A DNA stretch of 64,000 bases, taken from NCBI GenBank assembly GCA_965228475.1, contig OZ245817.1, positions 4,128,001 through 4,192,000 on the forward strand. Reading direction: 5' to 3'. Every line of letters starts with the position of its first letter. The first letter of the stretch is position 1. A model generated the notes under the pieces. It did no database searches, was not told the DNA's origin, and saw nothing but the letters and a program-made list of their open reading frames with translations. Shown here piece by piece: positions 37,351-45,526 of this stretch. Made by a program: the position numbers and the translations under genes. The stretch comes from Myxococcota bacterium. GTDB taxonomy: Bacteria; Myxococcota_A; UBA9160; JAFDDA01.

Positions 37351-37907
37351 TGCCGAAGTTCACCCCCCAGAGCGTCCCGGACGTCGTGCTCGTCGAGCCC
37401 GACGTCCACCGCGACGAGCGCGGCTTCTTCCTCGAGACCTGGCAGATCGAGCGCTACGCCGCCGGCGGCGTGGCGCGCGAGTTCGTGCAGGACAACCACT
37501 CGCGCTCCCAGCGCGGGATCCTGCGCGGCCTGCACGCCCAGCTCCGGAGCCCCCAGGGCAAGCTCGTGCGCTGCACGGAAGGCGAAGTCTACGACGTCGC
37601 CGTCGACATCCGGCACGGCTCGCCGACCTTCGGCCAGTGGGCCGCGGTGACGCTCACCGCCGGGAACTTCCATCAGCTCTGGGTGCCCCCGGGCTTCGCC
37701 CACGGCTTCTGCGTCGTCTCGGAGTCCGCGCAGTTCGAGTACAAGTGCACCACGCTCTACGCGCCGGACGACGAGATCACCCTTGCCTGGGACGACCCGG
37801 CGCTCGCGATCCCGTGGCCGATCTCGGAGCCCACGCTCTCCCAGAAGGACCGGCAGGGGCTCTCGATCGATGCCGTGCGCGAACGCGTGGCCGAGGTGGC
37901 GGGGTGA
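37350..37907 (+). CDS. rfbC: dTDP-4-dehydrorhamnose 3,5-epimerase
   Basis: DERGFFLE, FVQDNHSRS, LRGLH, QGKLVRC, WVPPGFAHGF; GTG overlaps the rfbA stop. Confidence 0.95.
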   Translation: MPKFTPQSVPDVVLVEPDVHRDERGFFLETWQIERYAAGGVAREFVQDNHSRSQRGILRGLHAQLRSPQGKLVRCTEGEVYDVAVDIRHGSPTFGQWAAVTLTAGNFHQLWVPPGFAHGFCVVSESAQFEYKCTTLYAPDDEITLAWDDPALAIPWPISEPTLSQKDRQGLSIDAVRERVAEVAG

Positions 37908-38749
37908 AGATCCTCGTCGTGGGCTCGAACGGCCAGCTCGGGCGCGCTCTCGCAAACGAGCTCCGCGCCCACGAACTCGTCCTGCGGGACCTCCCGGAGC
38001 TCGACGCCGCGGACGAAGCCGCCGTCGCGGCCCTGTTCGAAGCAGAACGCCCCGAGTGGGTGATCAACGCCGCCGCCTACACGGACGTCGACGGCGCCGA
38101 GACCGACGCCGAAGGCGCCGAGCGCGGGAACGTCACGGCGCCGCGGGTGCTGGCCGAGGCGAGCGCGGCGCGGGGCGTTCCGATCGTGCACGTCTCGACC
38201 GACTACGTCTTCGACGGAGAGACCGACCGCCCCTACACCGAGAGCGACGCCCCGAACCCGCAGACCGCCTACGGCCGGACCAAGCTCGCCGGAGAAGATG
38301 CCGTGCGCGCCGCCAACCCGAAGCACTTCGTCGCGCGCACCGCCTGGCTCTACTCGACGGGGGGCCGGAACTTCGCGCTCACCATGCTCGGCGCCGCGAG
38401 CCGCGGGAGCGTCCGCGTCGTCGACGACCAGACCGGGTCGCCGACCTACGCGCCGCACCTCGCCGCGGGCATCGCCCAGCTCCTCGCGCGCGACGACTGG
38501 GGCACCGTCCACCTCGCCAACGCCGGCCAGACCACCTGGTACGGCCTGACCCGCGCGCTCTACGAAGCCTGCGGCGTCGCCTGCGAAGTCGCCCCGTGCA
38601 CGACCGACGAGTTCCCCCGCCCGGCCCCGCGCCCGCGCTACTCTGCCCTCGCATCGAATGCGGAGCCCCCGATCAATCTCCCGAGCTGGGAGGACGGGGT
38701 CCGGGCCTTTGCCGCCGACCGCCTCGCTGCGCGCCGCGATACCCGATAG
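37904..38749 (+). CDS. rfbD: dTDP-4-dehydrorhamnose reductase
   Basis: GSNGQLG, NAAAYTDVD, STDYVFDG, YGRTK, VDDQTGSPT. Confidence 0.95.
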   Translation: MKILVVGSNGQLGRALANELRAHELVLRDLPELDAADEAAVAALFEAERPEWVINAAAYTDVDGAETDAEGAERGNVTAPRVLAEASAARGVPIVHVSTDYVFDGETDRPYTESDAPNPQTAYGRTKLAGEDAVRAANPKHFVARTAWLYSTGGRNFALTMLGAASRGSVRVVDDQTGSPTYAPHLAAGIAQLLARDDWGTVHLANAGQTTWYGLTRALYEACGVACEVAPCTTDEFPRPAPRPRYSALASNAEPPINLPSWEDGVRAFAADRLAARRDTR

Positions 38750-38758
38750 GAGCCCCCC

Positions 38759-39526
38759 ATGGACGTCGAAGGAAAAGCCGCTCTCATCACCGGCGGAGGG
38801 ACCGGCGTCGGCCGGGCGACCGCTCTCGAGCTGGCCCGCCGCGGCTGCTCGGTCGTGGTGAACTACAGCCGCTCGAAGGACGAGGCCGAGGAGGTCGCGG
38901 CCGCCATCTCCGCCGAGGGCGTGCGCGGCCTCGCCGTCCAGGCCGACGTCGCGAAGGACGAGGATTGCCGGCGGCTCGTCGAGACGACCGTCGGCGAGCT
39001 CGGCTCCCTGAACGTGCTCGTCCAGAGCGCCGGCGTGACGAGCTTCATCCCCCACCCGAACCTCGAAGACGTGAAGGACGAGGATTGGGACAAGATCTTC
39101 GGCGTGAACGTGAAGGGCAAGTTCCAGACCGCGCGCGCCGCCAAGCCGGCCATGGACGCGGCGGGCGGCGGCTCGATGGTGCTCGTCTCGAGCGTCGCGG
39201 GCATCGCCGGCGTCGGGAGCTCCATCCCCTACTGCGCTTCGAAGGCCGCCATCAACAATCTGACCATCACCCTAGCGCGCGCCCTCGCGCCGAAGATCCG
39301 CGTGAACGCGGTCGCTCCGGGCTTCATCACCGGCCGCTGGCTCGCCGAGGGTCTCGGCGAAGCCGCCTACGAAGCGGTCAAGGGCGCGATGGAAGCGCGC
39401 GCCCCGCTCGGCAAGGTGTGCGACCCGGAGGACGTCGCCGACGCGATCGTCTCGCTCGTCACCGGCTCGGAGCTCGTCACGGGGAACGTGCTCCCCGTCG
39501 AAGGCGGAATGCTGATCGCGGGATGA
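38759..39526 (+). CDS. Short-chain dehydrogenase/reductase
   Basis: TGGGTGVG, YCASK, VNAVAPG. Confidence 0.92.
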   Translation: MDVEGKAALITGGGTGVGRATALELARRGCSVVVNYSRSKDEAEEVAAAISAEGVRGLAVQADVAKDEDCRRLVETTVGELGSLNVLVQSAGVTSFIPHPNLEDVKDEDWDKIFGVNVKGKFQTARAAKPAMDAAGGGSMVLVSSVAGIAGVGSSIPYCASKAAINNLTITLARALAPKIRVNAVAPGFITGRWLAEGLGEAAYEAVKGAMEARAPLGKVCDPEDVADAIVSLVTGSELVTGNVLPVEGGMLIAG

Positions 39527-39546
39527 GGCGCGCGGCACGCCCGGGG

Positions 39547-40059
39547 ATGACGCCGGTGCTCCGAGCGCCCCTGCTCACGGCCTTCGCCTTGTGGTTCTCG
39601 GCCTGCGCCACGGCCCGCGGCCCGGCGCCTCTCCCCGCCGACCACACGCTTCTGCCGGGAACGAAGATCTCCGTCGCCCTCCCACCGGACTTCCGGCTCC
39701 AGGCGAACGGCGAAGGGCTCGAGAGCGCCGACGGCCGCTCGGCGATCTTCGGGAACGAGCTCGCCGGCTCCGTCTACGCGACGATGCGCTCCTTCTCCTC
39801 GGACGGTTTCCGCAAGGGCGGGATGGACCTCCACACCCAGGAGCGCCTCACCATCGACGACTGGCCGGCGCGCCTCTACCGCGTGACCCAGCCCGTGGTC
39901 GGCGCCGAACTCATCCGCTTCGTGCTGGTCTTCGGCGACTCCGGAACGAGCGTCGTCCTGAACGCGGTCGCCCCCGGCCCGGACGAAGCGGCCGCCCTGC
40001 GCGAGACCCTGCTCTCGGCGCGCTGGCACCGGGCGGGCGTCCTCGAGGCCGGGCCCTAG
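39547..40059 (+). CDS. Hypothetical lipoprotein
   Basis: MTPVLRAPLLTAFALWFSAC lipobox; coding-like composition. Confidence 0.65.
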   Translation: MTPVLRAPLLTAFALWFSACATARGPAPLPADHTLLPGTKISVALPPDFRLQANGEGLESADGRSAIFGNELAGSVYATMRSFSSDGFRKGGMDLHTQERLTIDDWPARLYRVTQPVVGAELIRFVLVFGDSGTSVVLNAVAPGPDEAAALRETLLSARWHRAGVLEAGP

Positions 40060-40217
40060 AAGTCCTCTTCGAGCTCGGCTTCTTCGTCCTGGGTGGGGAG
40101 CCGGGTCACCGTGAAGGGTGCCGTGCAGTACTGGCACACGACGGTGTCGCCGCGCTTCTCGTCGCCGGCGAAGAGCAGGTCCGCGTCGCAGAGCGGACAG
40201 GCGGAATCCTTGGCCAT
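40056..40217 (-). CDS. 53-aa zinc-ribbon protein, LysW-like layout (absent from ORF track)
   Basis: Manual translation MAKDSACPLCDADLLFAGDEKRGDTVVCQYCTAPFTVTRLPTQDEEAELEEDF; GGGAGG RBS. Confidence 0.75.
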   Translation of the reverse strand: MAKDSACPLCDADLLFAGDEKRGDTVVCQYCTAPFTVTRLPTQDEEAELEEDF

Positions 40218-40326
40218 GGGTCACCCCCTCCCTTCGATTTCGGCCGCTTTGCGCCCGGCCTTGAGTGCGAGAACTCACACGGGCGCTCCGGCTCGCGATA
40301 GGATGGGCCCATCCTCAGGAGAACCC

Positions 40327-41421
40327 ATGGCCGAGCCCCAGCCCACCCCCTCCCTCCCCGAAGCGCATCCGAACGGCAGCCAGGTCCAGGCCGCCTTCGA
40401 CGCCGTCTACAACTGGAACTACGAGCCCGAGATCGACGAGCTGCGCACGCTCTACGCGAATGCCCTCGACCGCCAGTGGATCGCCATGCGCGACCTCGAC
40501 TGGAACCGCGAGATCGACAAGAGCGCCTTCGCCGAGACGCGCGTCGGGATGATCCCGGTCCAGGAGACCGACTACTGGCAGACCCTCGACGACGACACGC
40601 GCTGGGAGATCTCGCGGCGGAGCGCGGCGTTCCTGCTCTCGAACTTCCTCCACGGCGAGCAGGGCGCGCTGATGGTCGCGGCCCAGCTCGTGAACGCCGT
40701 CCCCCACATGGACGGCAAGTTCTACGCTTCGACCCAGACGCTCGACGAAGCGCGCCATGTCGAGGTCTTCGCGGCGTACATCAACAAGCTCGACGAGGTG
40801 CAGGAGATCGCGCCGTCCCTGAAGGAGCTCCTCGACGACGTCCTCGCCACGGACGACTGGATGAAGAAGGCCGTCGGGATGCAGGTCGTGACCGAGGGCC
40901 TCGCGCTCTACTCCTTCCGCGACATGCGCAACCAGACGCGCGAGCCCCTGCTGAAGGATCTGCTGACGAACGTCACCCGCGACGAGGCGCGCCACACGGG
41001 CTACGGCATCAAGTACCTGAACGCGATCGTCCCGACCCTCGACGAAGCCACGAAGGCCGAGATCGAGGACTACGCCTTCGAGGCCGCCCGCAAGCTCGTC
41101 GATTCGCGCGGCGGGACGTCCATGCGCGAGTCCGTCTTCCAGATCTGGCGCGAGGCCGGGGTCGACCCGATGGAAGCCTTCGCCGAGATCATGAAGGAGC
41201 GCGAGAAGATCGCGGCGGCGATCCAGGCCCAGGGCGGCCGGCGCGGCCCGATCCGCGGCTTCGTCATCCCGACCCTGCGCGGCATCGGCCTGTTCAGCGA
41301 GCGCATCCAGTCGCACTTCGACGACATGTTCCAGAACAACCTGGGCGCGCTCGCCGGCACGATCGCCGACGACCCGGCGGATCTCCCCGAAGACCTCGAG
41401 GCCTGGGCGCTCGGCGAGTAG
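40327..41421 (+). CDS. Ferritin-like diiron protein (AurF-like superfamily)
   Basis: HGEQGAL, DEARHVE, EGLAL and DEARH: two ExxH motifs; AGGAG RBS. Confidence 0.85.
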   Translation: MAEPQPTPSLPEAHPNGSQVQAAFDAVYNWNYEPEIDELRTLYANALDRQWIAMRDLDWNREIDKSAFAETRVGMIPVQETDYWQTLDDDTRWEISRRSAAFLLSNFLHGEQGALMVAAQLVNAVPHMDGKFYASTQTLDEARHVEVFAAYINKLDEVQEIAPSLKELLDDVLATDDWMKKAVGMQVVTEGLALYSFRDMRNQTREPLLKDLLTNVTRDEARHTGYGIKYLNAIVPTLDEATKAEIEDYAFEAARKLVDSRGGTSMRESVFQIWREAGVDPMEAFAEIMKEREKIAAAIQAQGGRRGPIRGFVIPTLRGIGLFSERIQSHFDDMFQNNLGALAGTIADDPADLPEDLEAWALGE

Positions 41422-41530
41422 CCGAACGGATCACGGGACCGAGGCCTGGGCGCTCGGCGAGTAGCCGAACGGATCACGGGACCGAGGCCTGGGCGCTCGG
41501 CGAGTAGCCGAACGGAGCACGGAACCGAGG
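41397..41530. repeat. Tandem repeat, three copies of 43 bp plus a partial copy
   Basis: CGAGGCCTGGGCGCTCGGCGAGTAGCCGAACGGATCACGGGAC at 41397 and 41440, and at 41483 with 2 mismatches. Confidence 0.95.
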
Positions 41531-41540
41531 GCGGGGCGCC

Positions 41541-42551
41541 CTACTCTTCCGGCTTCGCGGGCGGCGGGGCGAAGTCCACGGTGGCGTGGAAGCCGAGGGT
41601 CGACTGGCCGAAGCCGTCGGGCTCGAGCAGCATGGCTTCGACGCCCTCGTGATCCGCGAGCAGCGGGAAGGCTTCCTCGGGCGGGAGCACCAGCAACGCC
41701 TTGCTCCAGGCTTCGGCCACGGCGCCGCTCGGCGCGACGATCACCGCGCCGGTCTGGCGATCGACCGGCAGGCCCGAACGCGGATCGATCACGTGCCCGA
41801 GGCGCTTGCCGTCGACCACCGCGGACTCCCGGAAGCTCTCGCTCACGGAGACCGAGACGTCCGTCAGGCTGGCGATGCCGGCATAGCCGCCGCGCGGATC
41901 CTTCACGAGCACGCGCCAGACCGGGCCGTCCTCGGGCTCGCCGAGGGCGAGCAGGCTCGACTGGCCGAAGGACAGGAGCGCCCGCTCGATGCCGCGATCC
42001 TTCAGGAGCTCGCCGAGGCGGTCGAGGGTCCAGCCCTTGGCGAAGCCGCCGAGATCGATGGACATGCCGGCCCGCGCGAGCCGAACCTTCTCCTCGTCGA
42101 TCTCGATGCCCTCGAAGCCGGTCTGGGCGCGCGCCGCGGCGAGGGCCTCCTCCGCGGGCCAGACGCCGCTCTCGCCGGCCTGCTTCCAGACCCCGACGAG
42201 CGGGCCGACGGTCGGATCGAAGGCCCCCTGGGTCGCCCGCGCCAGGGCGACGGCGTCTTCCAGGATGCGCGTCACCTCCTCGGGAACCTCGGAGATCTCG
42301 CCGCCCGCGCGCCGGTTCAGCTGCGCGACGGCGGAATCCTCGCTCCAACCCGTAAAGAGCTTCTCGAGCGCGTCGGCCCGGGCGAAGCACGCCTCGAGGG
42401 CCGCGCGCGCCTTCTCCCCGTCCTCGGCAACGACGGTGATCTCGAGGGCGGTCCCCATGGCGGTCCGCCCTTCCCGCACGGTCTCGGCTTCGGCCACCGG
42501 CGCGAGCGCCAGTGCCAGTCCGAGCGCCCACCCCAGGAACCGCGAGATCAT
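41541..42551 (-). CDS. apbE: FAD:protein FMN transferase
   Basis: AMGT, GAFDPTVGPL, IDLGGFAKG, HVIDPRSG; signal peptide. Confidence 0.9.
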   Translation of the reverse strand: MISRFLGWALGLALALAPVAEAETVREGRTAMGTALEITVVAEDGEKARAALEACFARADALEKLFTGWSEDSAVAQLNRRAGGEISEVPEEVTRILEDAVALARATQGAFDPTVGPLVGVWKQAGESGVWPAEEALAAARAQTGFEGIEIDEEKVRLARAGMSIDLGGFAKGWTLDRLGELLKDRGIERALLSFGQSSLLALGEPEDGPVWRVLVKDPRGGYAGIASLTDVSVSVSESFRESAVVDGKRLGHVIDPRSGLPVDRQTGAVIVAPSGAVAEAWSKALLVLPPEEAFPLLADHEGVEAMLLEPDGFGQSTLGFHATVDFAPPPAKPEE

Positions 42552-43057
42552 CCGAAGTCCTCCCCGGACATGTAGTTCTCGGACTTCGCCGTGAAGACGG
42601 ACCACAGCGAGATCACGACCAGAACCGCGAGGCTCGATTGTAGCGAGACGAAGCCGAGCACCTTCACGAAGGCCAGGTCCGCGGAGACGAAGCGAACCAG
42701 CCAGCCGCCGGCCTCGTCGACGAGCGCGGAGGCGAAGGGGAGCACGATCAGCCAGAGCTTCCAGCGGTTCGAGATCGGCACGAACAGCATCAGATGCGTC
42801 AGGACCAGAAGGAGCATTCCCATCGCGAACAGATGGAAGTGCGAGACCTCGAGCAGGCCCTGGTAGCTCCGCGGCTGCAGGAACTGCTCCTCGTTGCCCA
42901 GGTAGTAGTGGACTACCGAGCTCGGCCAGAGGCTCATCTTGTTGAAGTAGAGGAGCGCGTTCGTCCACCAGAGGCCGATCACGTAGATCGAGTAGAGCAC
43001 GACGATCGTCTGGAGCAGACGATTGCGGTCCCATTCCCCGGTGACGACGAAGCGCAT
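42548..43057 (-). CDS. Four-helix membrane protein with His residues (start 43057 or 43087)
   Basis: Four hydrophobic segments; EVSHFHLFAMG...LTHL; overlaps both neighbours. Confidence 0.75.
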   Translation of the reverse strand: MRFVVTGEWDRNRLLQTIVVLYSIYVIGLWWTNALLYFNKMSLWPSSVVHYYLGNEEQFLQPRSYQGLLEVSHFHLFAMGMLLLVLTHLMLFVPISNRWKLWLIVLPFASALVDEAGGWLVRFVSADLAFVKVLGFVSLQSSLAVLVVISLWSVFTAKSENYMSGEDFG

Positions 43058-43058
43058 G

Positions 43059-43664
43059 CTACCGCTCTCCCAGGGGTTCATTAGCACCCCCCGCGGCGGG
43101 CGCCTCGTCTTTCACGAGGAGCCGGTGGAGCGCGAGCGCCCGGCGGACGCCCCCCGCGACCGCCCGCGCCGAGAGCGTCGAACCGGCGATGCCGTGGATG
43201 GCGCCCCCGATGCGGGTCTCGTCCTCGAGCCCGCGCGCCTCGAACTGCTCGAGCCAACGCTTCGAGGGCTCGTACTCGGGCGGCTCGTAGAAGGCCAGGA
43301 CCCGAAGGTTCCGAACCTTGCCCTCGGGCGTCATCACCACGAGGAACGCCTCCGGGAGGGTCCGGACGGTGTGGATGTCGATCACCGCGTAGCCGGTGGC
43401 CTGCCCCGCCGCGTCGTAGGCGGTGTAGAGCTTCACGATCTTGCTCTCGAGCTTCGACCGGGCGTCCTGCTCGACGGCATTCGCCTGGGCGGCACTCAGG
43501 ACGTGGGTCTTCTCCTCGACGCGGGCGGCGCCCGGGAAGGCCCACTCGAGCGCCTCCTTCCGCGAGAGATGCACCTTCGCCGTGGCCGGCAGAGCCAGTC
43601 CCACGGCGAAGATCGATCCGAGGAGAAGCGCGCCCCAGGCGCGCAGCGTGTGACTAGAAAGCAA
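43059..43664 (-). CDS. FMN-binding (flavinylated) domain protein
   Basis: Signal peptide; IHGIAGSTLSARAV matches the D-x-x-[ST]GAT-x-S flavinylation motif; apbE in the same operon. Confidence 0.8.
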   Translation of the reverse strand: MLSSHTLRAWGALLLGSIFAVGLALPATAKVHLSRKEALEWAFPGAARVEEKTHVLSAAQANAVEQDARSKLESKIVKLYTAYDAAGQATGYAVIDIHTVRTLPEAFLVVMTPEGKVRNLRVLAFYEPPEYEPSKRWLEQFEARGLEDETRIGGAIHGIAGSTLSARAVAGGVRRALALHRLLVKDEAPAAGGANEPLGER

Positions 43665-44994
43665 GCCCCATTCCCACGGCGACCTCGTCGGGCCGCTCCC
43701 CGGCGTGCGGGTCGAAGTTCCGGTACTCCAGCTTCAGCACCACGTTCGGGTGCGGATAGAACTGGATCCCGGGATTGTAGAGCCAGAACGTACGATTGCG
43801 ATTCGCGATGAAGCCCGTTGGGACCTTGCGCTGGGTGTCGACGTACTCGACCCGGAAGAAGGGCTCGAGGCGCTTGCTGTGGTCCCCGAAGAGCAGCGAC
43901 CAGATGTCGTAGGCGAACTCGACGTAGCCGCCGAGCTGGGTGCCGGCGATCGGGGCGTTCACGCCGGGGACGCGGCCGAGCGAGAGGTTGAAGTCCCGCA
44001 CGTTCGAGAGGTGGGAGTACGCCAGCAGGACGCGGGTGTGGAAGCCACCCCGCTGAAACTGGCCGTGGAACTCGGCGATCATGAGCGCGGACTCGTCGAG
44101 GTCGACGCCGTTCACCTCGAGATCCTGATCGACCTCGCCGTAGAAGAACGAGCCGCCGAGCAGCAGGCCTTCGACGGCGTCCGGGCGCCAATCGAGCCGC
44201 ACCACGCCGGCCCAGTCTTCGGCGAGGGCTCGGTTGCCCTTCTGGCGGCCGCCGCGGATGCCCGCGTCGCTGAAGCGCGAGCCGTTCAGGCTGTTCATAG
44301 CGTAGACGCGGTACTCGAGCGTCTCGCTGAGCCGCCCGAAGATGCCCGCGCCGTTCTCGCGCCAGGTGGTCGGGATGATCGTCTGCTCCGTCACCGGGCG
44401 CTGGACGCCGTAGAAGAACGGCGGCTCGTGGATCTCGTTGACGAAGCCGATCGGCGCGAGCAGCATGCCGCCGCGGAAGTTCAGCTTCTCGTGGAAGAGG
44501 TAGTCGAGCGTCGCGAGCTCGACGGAGACGCTACCGCCACCGCTCACGTTGGTGATGGCGCTCGTGCTCGCGTGCTCGAACTCGATCTCGGTGTTGAAGA
44601 TCAACTTCTCGGTGAACTTGTACCCGAAGTACATGACCATGCGCAGGAAGTCGGCGCGGTCGAGGTCCGTCGAGTCCTTGTCGTCGACGAACATGCGGTA
44701 GTTCGCCTCGGCGTAGCCGCCGATCGAGAGGCCGCGCTCGACGCCGTAGATCTTGCTCGCCGCCGGGCCGAGGCCGTAGACGGAGGTGAGCTCGGGCTCG
44801 TCGGGTACGGCGACCTGATCGCGCAGGCGCGCGAGCTCGTCGATGACGGTGGCGAGGGTGCCTTCGAGCTGTTCGATCCGGTCGTCGCGGGCGCGGATCG
44901 CGTCCGCGTCCTCGCTAGCGGCGAAGGCCAGCGGCGAGAGGGTGATTCCCCAGGCAAGCGCCACGGCTACGGTCAGAGAAGTGGGTCGGGTCAC
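43654..44994 (-). CDS. Outer-membrane porin-like protein with N-terminal coiled coil
   Basis: Signal peptide; IGGYAEANY, FNTEIEFEH, GFVNEIHEP; alternating beta pattern; terminal Phe. Confidence 0.8.
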   Translation of the reverse strand: MTRPTSLTVAVALAWGITLSPLAFAASEDADAIRARDDRIEQLEGTLATVIDELARLRDQVAVPDEPELTSVYGLGPAASKIYGVERGLSIGGYAEANYRMFVDDKDSTDLDRADFLRMVMYFGYKFTEKLIFNTEIEFEHASTSAITNVSGGGSVSVELATLDYLFHEKLNFRGGMLLAPIGFVNEIHEPPFFYGVQRPVTEQTIIPTTWRENGAGIFGRLSETLEYRVYAMNSLNGSRFSDAGIRGGRQKGNRALAEDWAGVVRLDWRPDAVEGLLLGGSFFYGEVDQDLEVNGVDLDESALMIAEFHGQFQRGGFHTRVLLAYSHLSNVRDFNLSLGRVPGVNAPIAGTQLGGYVEFAYDIWSLLFGDHSKRLEPFFRVEYVDTQRKVPTGFIANRNRTFWLYNPGIQFYPHPNVVLKLEYRNFDPHAGERPDEVAVGMGLAF

Positions 44995-45119
44995 GGAGCA
45001 CTCCCGGAACGGGCGCCGGCCTCATGAGCGGCGCGCGCGGGTGGGGACTCGGGACTCGGGGTCTCTGGCCTCTGCGGTGGACGAGAAGATCGTTCGTGAG
45101 GGTTCGGGCGGCGGGCACG

Positions 45120-45371
45120 CTAGCGCCCCCGCCCGATGGAATGGACGACGCGGGCCGCGGGCCGGCCCGGCGCCAGCGCCGGAGAGGATGTGGCCTCGAC
45201 CCAATCGTTCCCGGCGCTGAAGGGAACGAGCAGGTCGCGCTTGCAGCGCCGGCAGCGGATCTCGACGCCGTTCTCGACGATCCGGGCGAGCAGGCTGCCG
45301 CACTCGCAGCGGCACTGGTCCGTGGCGGGCGCGCGCCGAGACTCACTCGTTTCGGGCTGATTTAGCCCCAT
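45120..45371 (-). CDS. Com-like zinc-ribbon protein
   Basis: RCECGSLLAR...VEIRCRRCK matches the phage Mu Com family pattern; GGGAG RBS. Confidence 0.7.
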   Translation of the reverse strand: MGLNQPETSESRRAPATDQCRCECGSLLARIVENGVEIRCRRCKRDLLVPFSAGNDWVEATSSPALAPGRPAARVVHSIGRGR

Positions 45372-45440
45372 GATTGGACTCCCGGGTGCCTGGGCCGTTC
45401 GAGGCGGCCTCGTTCGGCCCGTTCGAGCGTCGTGCGCTTC

Positions 45441-45466
45441 AAATGAAATTGAAAATGAAATTCAAT
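45441..45466. promoter_or_regulatory. Fur box
   Basis: AAATGA-AATTGA-AAATGA-AATTCA hexamer array containing the palindrome ATTGAA-N7-TTCAAT; AT-rich island; fur gene 1.8 kb away. Confidence 0.8.
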
Positions 45467-45477
45467 ATCCGGCGCGC

Positions 45478-45506
45478 AGAGTACGCCCGCTGCCCGGGGG
45501 TGTCAA
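45478..45506 (-). promoter_or_regulatory. Sigma-70 promoter
   Basis: TTGACA-17 bp-TACTCT on the minus strand, directly upstream of the Fur box. Confidence 0.75.
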
Positions 45507-45526
45507 TGGCGGGGGAGGAGATGGGG

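Noticed and set aside
40056..40217. Canonical lysW
   Set aside because: Lacks the C-terminal EDWGE, and no lysX, lysZ or lysY genes are nearby
41397..41530. Possible CRISPR array
   Set aside because: Units are head-to-tail with no unique spacers and no cas genes nearby; it is a simple tandem repeat
45120..45371. Mu-like prophage remnant
   Set aside because: No mom, structural or transposase genes; the context is a Fur-regulated operon
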